A model generated the notes under the pieces. It was not told the DNA's origin, ran no database searches, and worked only from the letters and a program-made list of their open reading frames with translations. Below are positions 50,899 to 62,048 of a stretch of 64,000 bases of DNA, one piece after another. Made by a program: the position numbers and the translations under genes. The stretch lies in the NCBI RefSeq assembly GCF_006345805.1, contig NC_043011.1, positions 12,846,464 through 12,910,463 on the forward strand, read 5' to 3'. Positions within the stretch are counted from its first letter, which is position 1. Every line of letters begins with the position of its first letter. The stretch is from Octopus sinensis (taxonomy: Eukaryota).

Positions 50899-53718
50899 AC
50901 ATATTGCCAGGTATGTTTTATATGTAACCTGTTTTATAATTGTTAATGATCTTAATTAACAATTAACCGGATGCTGCGATTCCTTAAAATGTTTGAATCA
51001 CAAGAAGGTTGAAAATTAAGAATATTGTTGACTCTTTGAATAAAGTTTCATTACGGAGTTGACTGTATGTTTTTTTATTTCCATTAGTTATAGGATCCAG
51101 TTAGCTCAAGGGTTCCTCCTGGTGATGTCTTGAGCTAACCGGATCCTATAAAGGAGCTGTTGCGGTAGCAGACTACGAAACACGGTTGTAATTCCTAAGG
51201 TTAATCATTAATTCTTTTAGAACCATTATATAATATTCAGCTGTGGATCATGACATCTCATTTTCGGGGGTTTGGTCTTAACTGATTTTTTAAATCTGAC
51301 TTTATTCCCATAACATATTACCGAATTCATTCAATTTACATGTGCAGACTGTGAAGATTTTCTTCCCGCACAAAAATTGTCTTATAAATTTGAAATTCTT
51401 TATTGCGCCTCCAAATGTGGAAATTTCTGGTGATGGCGAGATTTTGTGTTATATCTGGTGTGTTACGATATTGGCGCATAGCTGTTCGGAAGACGTGTAT
51501 CCAATTCAGAATTTGATCCAGCGTTGTCGGTGTTTTACTATTTTTCACTTCTATGTCACCACAGCAATTGTTGTCGTGTAGGAAGTGACTAATGGAATTT
51601 GTCAATTAACGATCCGAGTTATAAGGAAGTCTCTTGCTGAGGACTACGTGTAACCTGGTCTAACATCATACGACAATTCATCAGATATTCCATATGAACA
51701 AATTTTCTGGGGAAATTTTCAATGAAGCCCTTGGCACTATCGATTGATCTTTCTACGATTGGTCAATTGAAATATCTGCTGATGACAATGACGCTTAGTA
51801 AATATTCCTTTACAGTGGAAAGGATCTGAATAGATGTATTTAGTAGAATATTCTGGGTAGACAAATGGTGTATGTGTGTTGCTTCATTGTAATGATTGTT
51901 GAAATGATAGCATTTTCTAAAATAAGCCTTCAATACGTGTCAGTTGTGTGTAAGTGATAACGGAAATGATAATTTTCAACTGTTTTATATCTTTCACTAT
52001 TATAGTGAGTCAAACGCTGAAATTACTGATGAGTTTACCAAGTCGTCAATAGCATTCGTAATTGATATCGTAGAACGAATGGTAGCGAAAAATGATTGAC
52101 GAGGGCTGGTAATTAATGAAAATGCAATTAAAAGGACATAATCATTACGTATTTCCTCTGTGAGGGAAGATATGTCATCTCTAAAGTGAATTTTATCTAG
52201 TTGAATATTTCCAGTTGGATGTGAGTTATTTTCAAGTGATCTGCCACCAATGATTTTTAGAAGGGCTTTGGATTCAACAGCAATAATGAAGTTGTCCCTC
52301 ACATGGACAAAATCTCTGGCTTTACTAAGAGCATCGTCTTAAAGCCAGAGCTTCTTTTATTCGTATTATCATGACACAGCTGAGTGTATAAAGCTGAGTA
52401 CCGATCAGAGTAATATATTGACCAGTTTTATAACAGAAAGTTTCTATTAAAAGCAACTGCAATGTTTTTAGAAAAACCAGACGCCAATTCTTTCTCCTGA
52501 CCAATCCGTGAACAAACTTGTATGTTTTATCTTTTACTTGTTTCAGTCATTAGATTTGCAGCCATGTAATAGCTTTTCCTGTACTTTTACAGGTGTAATA
52601 AGTTGTCCTATATTTTTCCAGGTTTATAATCTTAAGAATATGACTTCTCATGCTCGCATCTTTCCATGTAATCCGTGATTTTTCCAAGACATTGTTGTTA
52701 TAAGATAATAAATAATTTGTCAATTAATAATTTAAAATTTTATCTTATAAAATACTGAAAGATAATATTTCAATGTTTCCATGTATGTGATGATAATATC
52801 TCGATTGTTTTCGTGTTTAATTTAAATATATGTTGTGATTGAATTATTTGTTGTTACCCACCCACACGAAATTAATGGCAGGAATTTTTACCATGTTGTT
52901 GGTTGTACCATGGCTCTCCAAAAGTTACAAACAACAAGACCCCAAAACCATCAGTTACCAGGCTCACCTTAAGTAACTAAATTTTGCAATATTAGGAGGT
53001 CACAGGAATTCATTCAACGAAAAAAAATTTTTTTTCCAATGATTCCGGGATTGGGGGAGGAACCCCCCACCCCCACCTCATCCGAACCAAAATAAGGGAT
53101 TTGCAGCATATTAAGAGGTCGGGGTACTTCCAAATTTTTTTTTCTTAGTGAAAATCGTGCGGTTGTTAATATAGAAATTGACCATAGTGCTGTTGTTATT
53201 TAGCCTCAAATAAACCCTGATGCTGCAAACGAATCATCAAAGACATTCGAGCCTTCAGCAAACCGTCTTTTTAGGGATAATCTAGGACATTACATACAAT
53301 GTGCATGTCATTTAGCTAGGGGGATACTTTGGCTGCTATTTTTAGTGTATCGAGCGACCAGGTAGAGGCTCCTTCATTGGTTCGATTGGGTGATGAGATT
53401 TGTTTTACACGTATATGTAATATATATATATATATATTCATATTTATATCATCGGCAGAAGTTAGAGAGTAAGCTAAAAGCGAGAGTTTCGTGTATTGGC
53501 ACTTATCAAGCACGAATTTGTCCATTATCATTTTGTAACTTGTGACGAAATAACTTCTAAAATACAAAATTTTGCCAAAAACGTTGAGAGTAAACCCTGT
53601 CCAATGTGACACATTCTACCAGTATCGGAAGTTTGTCTTTGCTGCAGACGAAGTAGGATTTGGATATTTTAAACAATTCCCATTAAATAACTCCCATTGG
53701 TAGATATTTACAAGTAGT

Positions 53719-54004
53719 TATGGATTTCTCTACACTCAAACGCTCTTGTTGCGACCTTGTTAACCAAATTTCCTTTACATTCAGTCTGAAAATCATTGCT
53801 TAAACCAGACACAGGCATCCACTAAGATGCTGGATTACAAAACTAATTTCGAGAAACAAAAAGTTGCTGATGAATTTGGAAAAGGTGTCTGAATTTTTGA
53901 TAAAAATAATAGGCTCAGGCGTGGCTGTGTGGTAAGAAGCTTGCTTCCCATCACATGGTTCCGAGTTAAGTCCCACTGCGTTGCACCTTGGGCAAGTGTC
54001 TTCT
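53719..54004 (+). repeat. Near-identical copy of 48746-49032
   Basis: About 286 bp spanning the mariner 3' remnant, spacer and SINE C head; followed by (TAGG)n at 54005-54110. Confidence 0.92.
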
Positions 54005-54636
54005 ATGTAGGTAGTTAGGTAGGTAGGTAGGTTTGTAGGTAGGTAGGTAGGTAGGTAGGTAGGTAGGTAGTTAGGTAGGTAGGTTGGTAGGTAGGTAGGT
54101 AGGTACCTAGGTTTCGTGAGTATAGGTTTTCATAGTGTTAACTACTTTGATTAACCAAAAACGTTGAGAAGCAATCTCTTAACTCAAGGGAAATGTAGAT
54201 TTTAAATTCCTATAAGAAAATTCACAGACTGTGACCGAAATTAGGGGTCGTACTTTAGAATTACTACAAGCGTGAAAAACCCCATAACGTTAGGTGACCG
54301 CACCGCAGGGATGACTGTGTGTTCGTGTGTGTGTATATTAGAAAGAAACAAAACGTGGTATCACTTTAAAGGGTGTAATTTCAAAACGGTTAGTGAATGT
54401 TGAAGCTTCCTCTACTGCGGTATTGTTTACAAAGCCACTATTGTTTAGAAACTGAGGAAAAGAAGATTCGTTTGACTAGGAACCAAGAACATATGTTGGA
54501 CTCTGGAAGACGAGAAAGCTTGAGGGTCGCATGATTTAAGAAGGCATCCTTTTCACATCATGTAAGTGACCTCACAAGAGAAATAACGACTCGTAATAGC
54601 CATATACAAAACACACACATACATACACACACACAC

Positions 54637-54693
<57 letters not shown>

Positions 54694-55085
54694 ATATATA
54701 TTATATATATATATACATATTACATGTGGATCGTTGGTAATTTTTTTCCTTCTGTCTTTCTTTTCTCTTAGACTTTCCTCTGTCTCCTGTTTCAGAAGAA
54801 GAGCTTTGCTCGAAACGTAAAACACCTTTCTTTCCTTCCCTGAGCGTCCTTTAATACTTTGCATGTACCACGCCCTCGCGTTGTTGTTCTTTTTTCTTGT
54901 GTTTTTCTTCGTTTTTTTTTTGGGGGGGGTTAATTACACACGCGCGCATGCACTCACACGTATGTATGTGCGTGTGTGTGTGTGTATATATATATATAAT
55001 ATAATAACAATATAATAAATAAATAAAATATATGCATATATACATACATATATGTACATACTTACATCTATATGTATATATACAA

Positions 55086-55122
<37 letters not shown>

Positions 55123-55492
55123 TATGAGTACAGGACACCACAAATAAACGTAGAACACAACGAGAAACGAAAACATAAAATCAAACAAGGAAACGGACTT
55201 TTTTAACAACGAAAAAACAGAGTACAGGACAAACAATACAAGGAAAATTTCCCTTCATTAGCTACCCCTGGTTCGACTCAATGCGTGTTTCGAAGGTAAG
55301 AGCAGAACACGGCCAGTCAAAACAATCCTTCCTGCAAAAGGAATTAAATAAAATTATTTTGCAGAGGGGTAAAACAAGTGACAAGAATAGGACGTAAAAG
55401 CAATACAAATGAAGAAAAAAACAGTAGAAAAAAACAGTACAAATAAGGAATAACAGGACAGGGAACCAACAATAAGGGCTTTTTTAGGCCTA

Positions 55493-55564
<72 letters not shown>

Positions 55565-55665
55565 TTTTTCTCTCTAGTTTCAGCTCAGAGCTGCGGCCAT
55601 GCCGATGCACCGCCATATATATATATTATATATATATATATACGCTCATATGTATGTGCGCGTGT

Positions 55666-55701
<36 letters not shown>

Positions 55702-56097
55702 CCGTGTTTGTGCGTGGTGTTTCATTTCATTTCCAAGTATCTGCTCGAATTAACTTCACTTATTTACAATAGTGCATATTATTGTTTTAAATCTGCATTT
55801 TTTCAGTCTTCAATAGTCCTCTTTCTAATTGCTTTGCGTAAAGGAAGTTTTTCTAAAGAACTCGAAATATTCATACATACAATTACTATAACAATATATA
55901 TCTTCAAGCTAATTTTGACTTTGGCACTAGGACAACTCTCGCAAAATTTATTGCATAGAAAATTGCACGTGTGTGTGTTTTGTTCTGGATATTTCAGTTG
56001 CCTTATTTGAACACACAATTTAGTTCGCATTACTTGACAAAGGCAACAAATAACCATTATAAATATAAGCATCTAATTTACAGAAGCGTGCGCAATG

Positions 56098-56144
<47 letters not shown>

Positions 56145-56398
56145 CGGTGTGTGTATACTTATATATACATGTATGTATATATGTACGTATATATACATGT
56201 ATGTATGTATATACATACACATATACATACACACATGTATATATACGATTGAGTATGCATCTATATGTATGTATATATACATGCACATGCATATATATGT
56301 GTTTGTATATATACATACATATACATGCATATATATACATATATATGTGTATATGTATATTTATGTATATGTATATCTATCTATCTATATATATATAC

Positions 56399-56434
<36 letters not shown>

Positions 56435-56657
56435 TCAATATAGGGAGGCAAAAAAATTTTGTAGAATTCTTTTGCCCCCAGCGGCCTAGTGGGAAAAAAT
56501 TAAATAGTCATAAACCATTTTTAAGTTCAATATCACAATCAAGGAACGGCCATAATAGGCCATTCACCCACTAGAAATAACAGCCAAAAAGCTTCAACAA
56601 CCGCAAAATACATTAATTCCGTAAATCAGGAGAAAATTAAAAAACATTTACCCTGAA

Positions 56658-56764
56658 ATTCCTTAGACGATGCACCGTTTCTTCTACTGTTTAATGGTAA
56701 ATTAACCTGATTAAATTAAATCAAGCCAATCTACCATAGGCCCTTAGATTCATCAGTAAGGAAT
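56658..56764 (-). ncRNA. Type I hammerhead ribozyme L1
   Basis: Reverse complement of the R1 motif; GUC at 56668-56666. Confidence 0.88.
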
Positions 56765-57148
56765 AGCCAAATCGGAACAGATATTTTTCACGAGGCATTC
56801 TCGTCCATGCCTCGCCAATATCTGACCTAAAATTTTCAAATCGTCGCACTCGCGCCAAATTTATCGGCAGCAAATAAATATAAGCCGCCGATTCCATTAC
56901 GGAACCAACCAGAAAATTCATAATTAATCAATATAGGGAGGCAAAACAATTTTGTAGAATTCTTTTGCCCCCAGCGGCCTAGTGGGAAAAAATTAAATAG
57001 TCATAAACCATTTTTAAGTTCAATATCACAATCAAGGAACGGCCATAATAGGCCATTCACCCACTAGAAATAACAGCCAAAAAGCTTCAACCGCAAAATA
57101 ACATTAATTCCGTAAATCAGGAGAAAATTAAAAAACATTTACCCTGAA

Positions 57149-57255
57149 ATTCCTTAGACGATGCACCGTTTCTTCTACTGTTTAATGGTAAATTAACCTG
57201 ATTAAATTAAATCAAGCCAATCTACCATAGGCCCTTAGATTCATCAGTAAGGAAT
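57149..57255 (-). ncRNA. Type I hammerhead ribozyme L2
   Basis: Identical to L1; GUC ends at 57157. Confidence 0.88.
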
Positions 57256-57637
57256 AGCCAAATCGGAACAGATATTTTTCACGAGGCATTCTCGTCCATG
57301 CCTCGCCAATATCTGACCTAAAATTTTCAAATCGTCGCACTCGCGCCAAATTTATCGGCAGCAAATAAATATAAGCCGCCGATTCCATTACGGAACCAAC
57401 CAGAAAATTCATAATTAATCAATATAGGGAGGCAAAAAAATTTTGTAGAATTCTTTTGCCCCCAGCGGCTAGTGGGAAAAAATTAAATAGTCATAAACCA
57501 TTTTTAAGTTCAATATCACAATCAAGGAACGGCCATAATAGGCCATTCACCCCTAGAAATAACAGCCAAAAAGCTTCAACCGCAAAATAACATTAATTCC
57601 GTAAATCAGGAGAAAATTAAAAAACATTTACCCTGAA

Positions 57638-57747
57638 ATTCCTTAGACGATGCACCGTTTCTTCTTCTACTGTTTAATGGTAAATTAACCTGATTAAATT
57701 AAATCAAGCCAATCTACCATAGGCCCTTAGATTCATCAGTAAGGAAT
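57638..57747 (-). ncRNA. Type I hammerhead ribozyme L3 with a 3-nt GAA duplication before GAAA
   Basis: cttcttctac at 57661; GUC ends at 57646. Confidence 0.75.
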
Positions 57748-58126
57748 AGCCAAATCGGAACAGATATTTTTCACGAGGCATTCTCGTCCATGCCTCGCCA
57801 ATATCTGACCTAAAATTTTCAAATCGTCGCACTCGCGCCAAATTTATCGGCAGCAAATAAATATAAGCCGCCGATTCCATTACGGAACCAACCAGAAAAT
57901 TCATAATTAATCAATATAGGGAGGCAAAAGAATTCTACAAAATTTTTTTGCCTCCCTATATTGATTAATTATGAATTTTCTGGTTGGTTCCGTAATGGAA
58001 TCGGCGGCTTATATTTATTTGCTGCCGATAAATTTGGCGCGAGTGCGACGATTTGAAAATTTTAGGTCAGATATTGGCGAGGCATGGACGAGAATCCTCG
58101 TGAAAAATATCTGTTCCGATTTGGCT

Positions 58127-58233
58127 ATTCCTTACTGATGAATCTAAGGGCCTATGGTAGATTGGCTTGATTTAATTTAATCAGGTTAATTTACCATTAA
58201 ACAGTAGAAGAAACGGTGCATCGTCTAAGGAAT
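58127..58233 (+). ncRNA. Type I hammerhead ribozyme R1
   Basis: Stem I AUUCCUUA(58127-34)/UAAGGAAU(58226-33); CUGAUGA 58135-41; stem II UCUA/UAGA, an internal loop and a 19-bp helix; GAAA 58210-13; stem III ACGG-UGCA-UCGU; GUC| at 58225. Confidence 0.9.
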
Positions 58234-58617
58234 TTCAGGGTAAATGTTTTTTAATTTTCTCCTGATTTACGGAATTAATGTTATTTTGCGGTTGAAGCTT
58301 TTTGGCTGTTATTTCTAGTGGGTGAATGGCCTATTATGGCCGTTCCTTGATTGTGATATTGAACTTAAAAATGGTTTATGACTATTTAATTTTTTCCCAC
58401 TAGGCCGCTGGGGGCAAAAGAATTCTACAAAATTTTTTTGCCTCCCTATATTGATTAATTATGAATTTTCTGGTTGGTTCCGTAATGGAATCGGCGGCTT
58501 ATATTTATTTGCTGCCGATAAATTTGGCGCGAGTGCGACGATTTGAAAATTTTAGGTCAGATATTGGCGAGGCATGGACGAGAATGCCTCGTGAAAAATA
58601 TCTGTTCCGATTTGGCT

Positions 58618-58724
58618 ATTCCTTACTGATGAATCTAAGGGCCTATGGTAGATTGGCTTGATTTAATTTAATCAGGTTAATTTACCATTAAACAGTAGAA
58701 GAAACGGTGCATCGTCTAAGGAAT
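58618..58724 (+). ncRNA. Type I hammerhead ribozyme R2
   Basis: Identical to R1; GUC| at 58716. Confidence 0.9.
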
Positions 58725-59106
58725 TTCAGGGTAAATGTTTTTTAATTTTCTCCTGATTTACGGAATTAATGTTATTTTGCGGTTGAAGCTTTTTGGCTGT
58801 TATTTCTAGTGGGTGAATGGCCTATTATGGCCGTTCCTTGATTGTGATATTGAACTTAAAAATGGTTTATGACTATTTAATTTTTTCCCACTAGCCGCTG
58901 GGGGCATAAGAATTCTACAAAATTTTTTTGCCTCCCTATATTGATTAATTATGAATTTTCTGGTTGGTTCCGTAATGGATCGGCGGCTTATATTTATTTG
59001 CTGCCGATAAATTTGGCGCGAGTGCGACGATTTGAAAATTTTAGGTCAGATATTGGCGAGGCATGGACGAGAATGCCTCGTGAAAAATATCTGTTCCGAT
59101 TTGGCT

Positions 59107-59213
59107 ATTCCTTACTGATGAATCTAAGGGCCTATGGTAGATTGGCTTGATTTAATTTAATCAGGTTAATTTACCATTAAACAGTAGAAGAAACGGTGCA
59201 TCGTCTAAGGAAT
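59107..59213 (+). ncRNA. Type I hammerhead ribozyme R3
   Basis: Identical to R1; GUC| at 59205. Confidence 0.9.
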
Positions 59214-59371
59214 TTCAGGGTAAATGTTTTTTAATTTTCTCCTGATTTACGGAATTAATGTTATTTTGCGGTTGAAGCTTTTTGGCTGTTATTTCTAGTG
59301 GGTGAATGGCCTATTATGGCCGTTCCTTGATTGTGATATATATATATATATATATCAACAATCAAGGAACG

Positions 59372-59420
<49 letters not shown>

Positions 59421-59446
59421 ATATAATATATATATACTATATATTT

Positions 59447-59804
59447 TTACTTGTTTCAATCATTTTACTGTGGCCATGCTGGAGCACCGCCTTTAGTCGA
59501 GCAAATCGACTCCTAGGACTTATTCTTTGTAAGCTTAGTACTTATTATATCGGTCTCTTTTGCCGAACCGCTAAGTTACGGGGACGTAAACACACCAGCA
59601 TCGGTTGTCAAGCGATGTTGGAGGGACAAACACAGACACATAAACACACACGCACACACATATATACATACATATACATATATACGACGGGCTTCTTTCA
59701 GTTTCCGTCAACCAAATTCACTCACAAGGTTTTGGTCGGTCCGAGGCTATAGTAGAAGACTGAACCTGGAACCATGTGTTTGGTAAGCATACACTCCTTC
59801 GCCT

Positions 59805-59805
<1 letters not shown>
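59447..59805 (-). mobile_element. SINE family C with an internal deletion
   Basis: Tail and body match 23311-23736; the head is partly deleted. Confidence 0.8.
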
Positions 59806-59837
<32 letters not shown>

Positions 59838-61014
59838 GCTGTGTGACGAAAGACTTCCAGACGATGGACATGAGTTAAACAAAGAACGTTAATAAACGGG
59901 TGAAGAACAAATATATAGTGCGTGTGTTTATTTGGCAAAAAGGAAAAAATGACCGTCCCGAAATACAACAATATATGTCCCAACACACCAGTTCACATTA
60001 AGAATCTTGCAACACAAATTGATAAACGTATATATATATCAAATAGATGTCTTATTAAACTATTCCGCATATACAATAACTGTCATACCAACAATCCAAC
60101 GTACCTTCATCATCAGCTGCTCCACGGATATCACTATGGTTTCGACACCTGGACAGTACCATTCAATCCGGCGGTTTCAACAGCACTAAAGTGTTACTTG
60201 GAAACAAACGAACCATATATATCACCACATTCATTCAATCTTAATTCTAGCAACGATTAAACATTATTAACATTATCAATTAAATTACAACAAAGAAACA
60301 CATTTACCCTATGTACAAAAGCAGTATCGGTAAACAAATTCAGTCAGTAAACCTATAATTAACTCTGAAATTATCTAACTAAATAACAACCAAGCCCTTG
60401 AAGTCCATGCAGATAATATTCTCACCAGTCTTCCATAGTTATTAATCTAAAAGTGAAAGCTTTCATATTCTATTCTTTCCAAAACAAAAACAAACTCGAT
60501 AGATATTAACTAATTCTGAGTGAATTATACTATTTCATAACCCAAAAGTTAATAATTAAAACACTACATACGTATATATGCTTTAATGTTAAACTTATAC
60601 CAGTAATTTAATAGATAATAATTAACAATTATTATAAAAACCTTGTTACGATGAAAACTAATAAATAACTGTTTAAAAGATAATACAAAATATAAAGTAT
60701 TACCACTTAATGCACATAAATGTGAAAAAGGGTGGGGAAAATAGTACTCGAATACTGGAGGTAGAGTAATATGCTTTATCATTAAATCTGCAGAAACATC
60801 ACAAAAATATCACAAAAGACTTTTACTCATAGTTTTACGTTCCCGTTCGTCGGGCACTTGTGATTAAGAATGGGACAAGAATTAAGGCTATATGTATAAC
60901 ATTTATACATATATGTATAACCATTACACATATACATATAACCTTAACTTCCAAACTACCGATTCCTACGCTGACCTTCTAAACCAGTGGTTCCCAAAGG
61001 CTGACCTTCTAAAC

Positions 61015-61212
61015 CAGTGGTTCCCAAACTATGAGTCGCGACCCACAGATGGGTCGCGAACGGAATCTTAGTGGGTCGCGAAAAGTTATAAAATTACGCA
61101 TTAGCTTTGATTAACTGCTGTCTATCGAGATAGTTCAAGACTTATTAGTGGGTCGTCATAAACTGGTGTGATAAATAGTGGGTCGCGACTCTAAAAAGTT
61201 TGGGAACCACTG
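61015..61212. mobile_element. hAT (Charlie-like) MITE
   Basis: CAGTGGTTCCCAAAC / GTTTGGGAACCACTG TIRs; perfect 8-bp TSD ttctaaac (61007-61014 / 61213-61220); internal gggtcgcg repeats. Confidence 0.92.
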
Positions 61213-61554
61213 TTCTAAACTTATGTATCCCCTCTAACACCCCAGGTTTGTCTCCATATACCTGGGTATGCACACGCACATATCCGAATATTTTAGATCA
61301 ACAACCACCAATGAGATATCAAAGGAAAAAATTAAATCAGTAAGAAGCTGAATTCCTGATCATAGTTCTAAGCCCCTCGCAAATTATTTAGCTTTGATAA
61401 GCATGTGGTTTGCGCCACTACAGATCTAGTTGGGTTGGTTTGGCAGCCAGCATATCAAAAATTAAAGTTTATCTAAAATTTTAAAATGTGGCACAATAAT
61501 ATACTTTTCCAAACTGAATTACTGGAATTATTTCACTTTTTGTAGAAATATATA

Positions 61555-61717
61555 GGCGCAGGAGTGGCTGTGTGGTAAGTAGCTTGCTTACCAACCACAT
61601 GGTTCTGGGTTCAGTCCCACTGCGTGGCACCTTGGGCAAGTGTCTTCTGCTATAGCCCCGGGCCGACCAAAACCTTGTGAGTGGATTCGGTAGACGAAAA
61701 CTGAAAGAAGCCCGTCG

Positions 61718-61800
<83 letters not shown>

Positions 61801-62048
61801 GTGTGTGTGTGTGTGTGCATATGTTTGTGTGTTTGTGTTTGCCCCTCCCCCCCAACATTGCTTGACAACCGATGCTGGTGTGTTTACGTCTCCGTAACTT
61901 AGCAGTTCGGCAAAAGAGACCGATAGAATAAGTACTGGGCTTACAAAAGAATAAGTCCCGGGGTAGAGTTGCTCGATTAAAGGTGGTGCTCCAGCAAGGC
62001 CGCAGTCAAATGACTGAAACAAGTAAAAGAGTAAAGAGTAAAGAGTAA
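61555..62048 (+). mobile_element. SINE family C, full copy
   Basis: aggcgcaggagtggctgtgtggtaag head, (AT)n/(GT)n centre, (AAAGAGT)n tail. Confidence 0.9.

Larger units (their letters stand above)
56428..59339. repeat. Palindromic tandem array of ~491-bp hammerhead-containing units (retrozyme-like)
   Basis: Left-arm units start at 56428, 56921, 57412 and 57904 (partial); inversion at ~57923-57945; the right arm continues to 59339. (AT)n-rich tracts flank both ends. Confidence 0.93.

Noticed and set aside
51336-52302. Minus-strand ORFs of 89 and 100 aa, possibly a retroelement N-terminus
   Set aside because: No motif I can identify. A profile search would be needed.
56721-59150. Repeated 66-aa ORF MNFLVGSVMES... 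in each array unit
   Set aside because: No recognisable domain, and it overlaps the hammerhead and hairpins. It recurs only because the unit is repeated, and the last copy is frameshifted.
56428-59339. CRISPR array, or a second ribozyme in the opposite polarity of the unit
   Set aside because: Units are near-identical with no unique spacers, and I found no CUGANGA...GAAA pair on the complementary strand of the unit.
59839-60260. Possible solo LTR (TGTGACG...) and 112-aa ORF
   Set aside because: No TSD, second LTR or recognisable domain.
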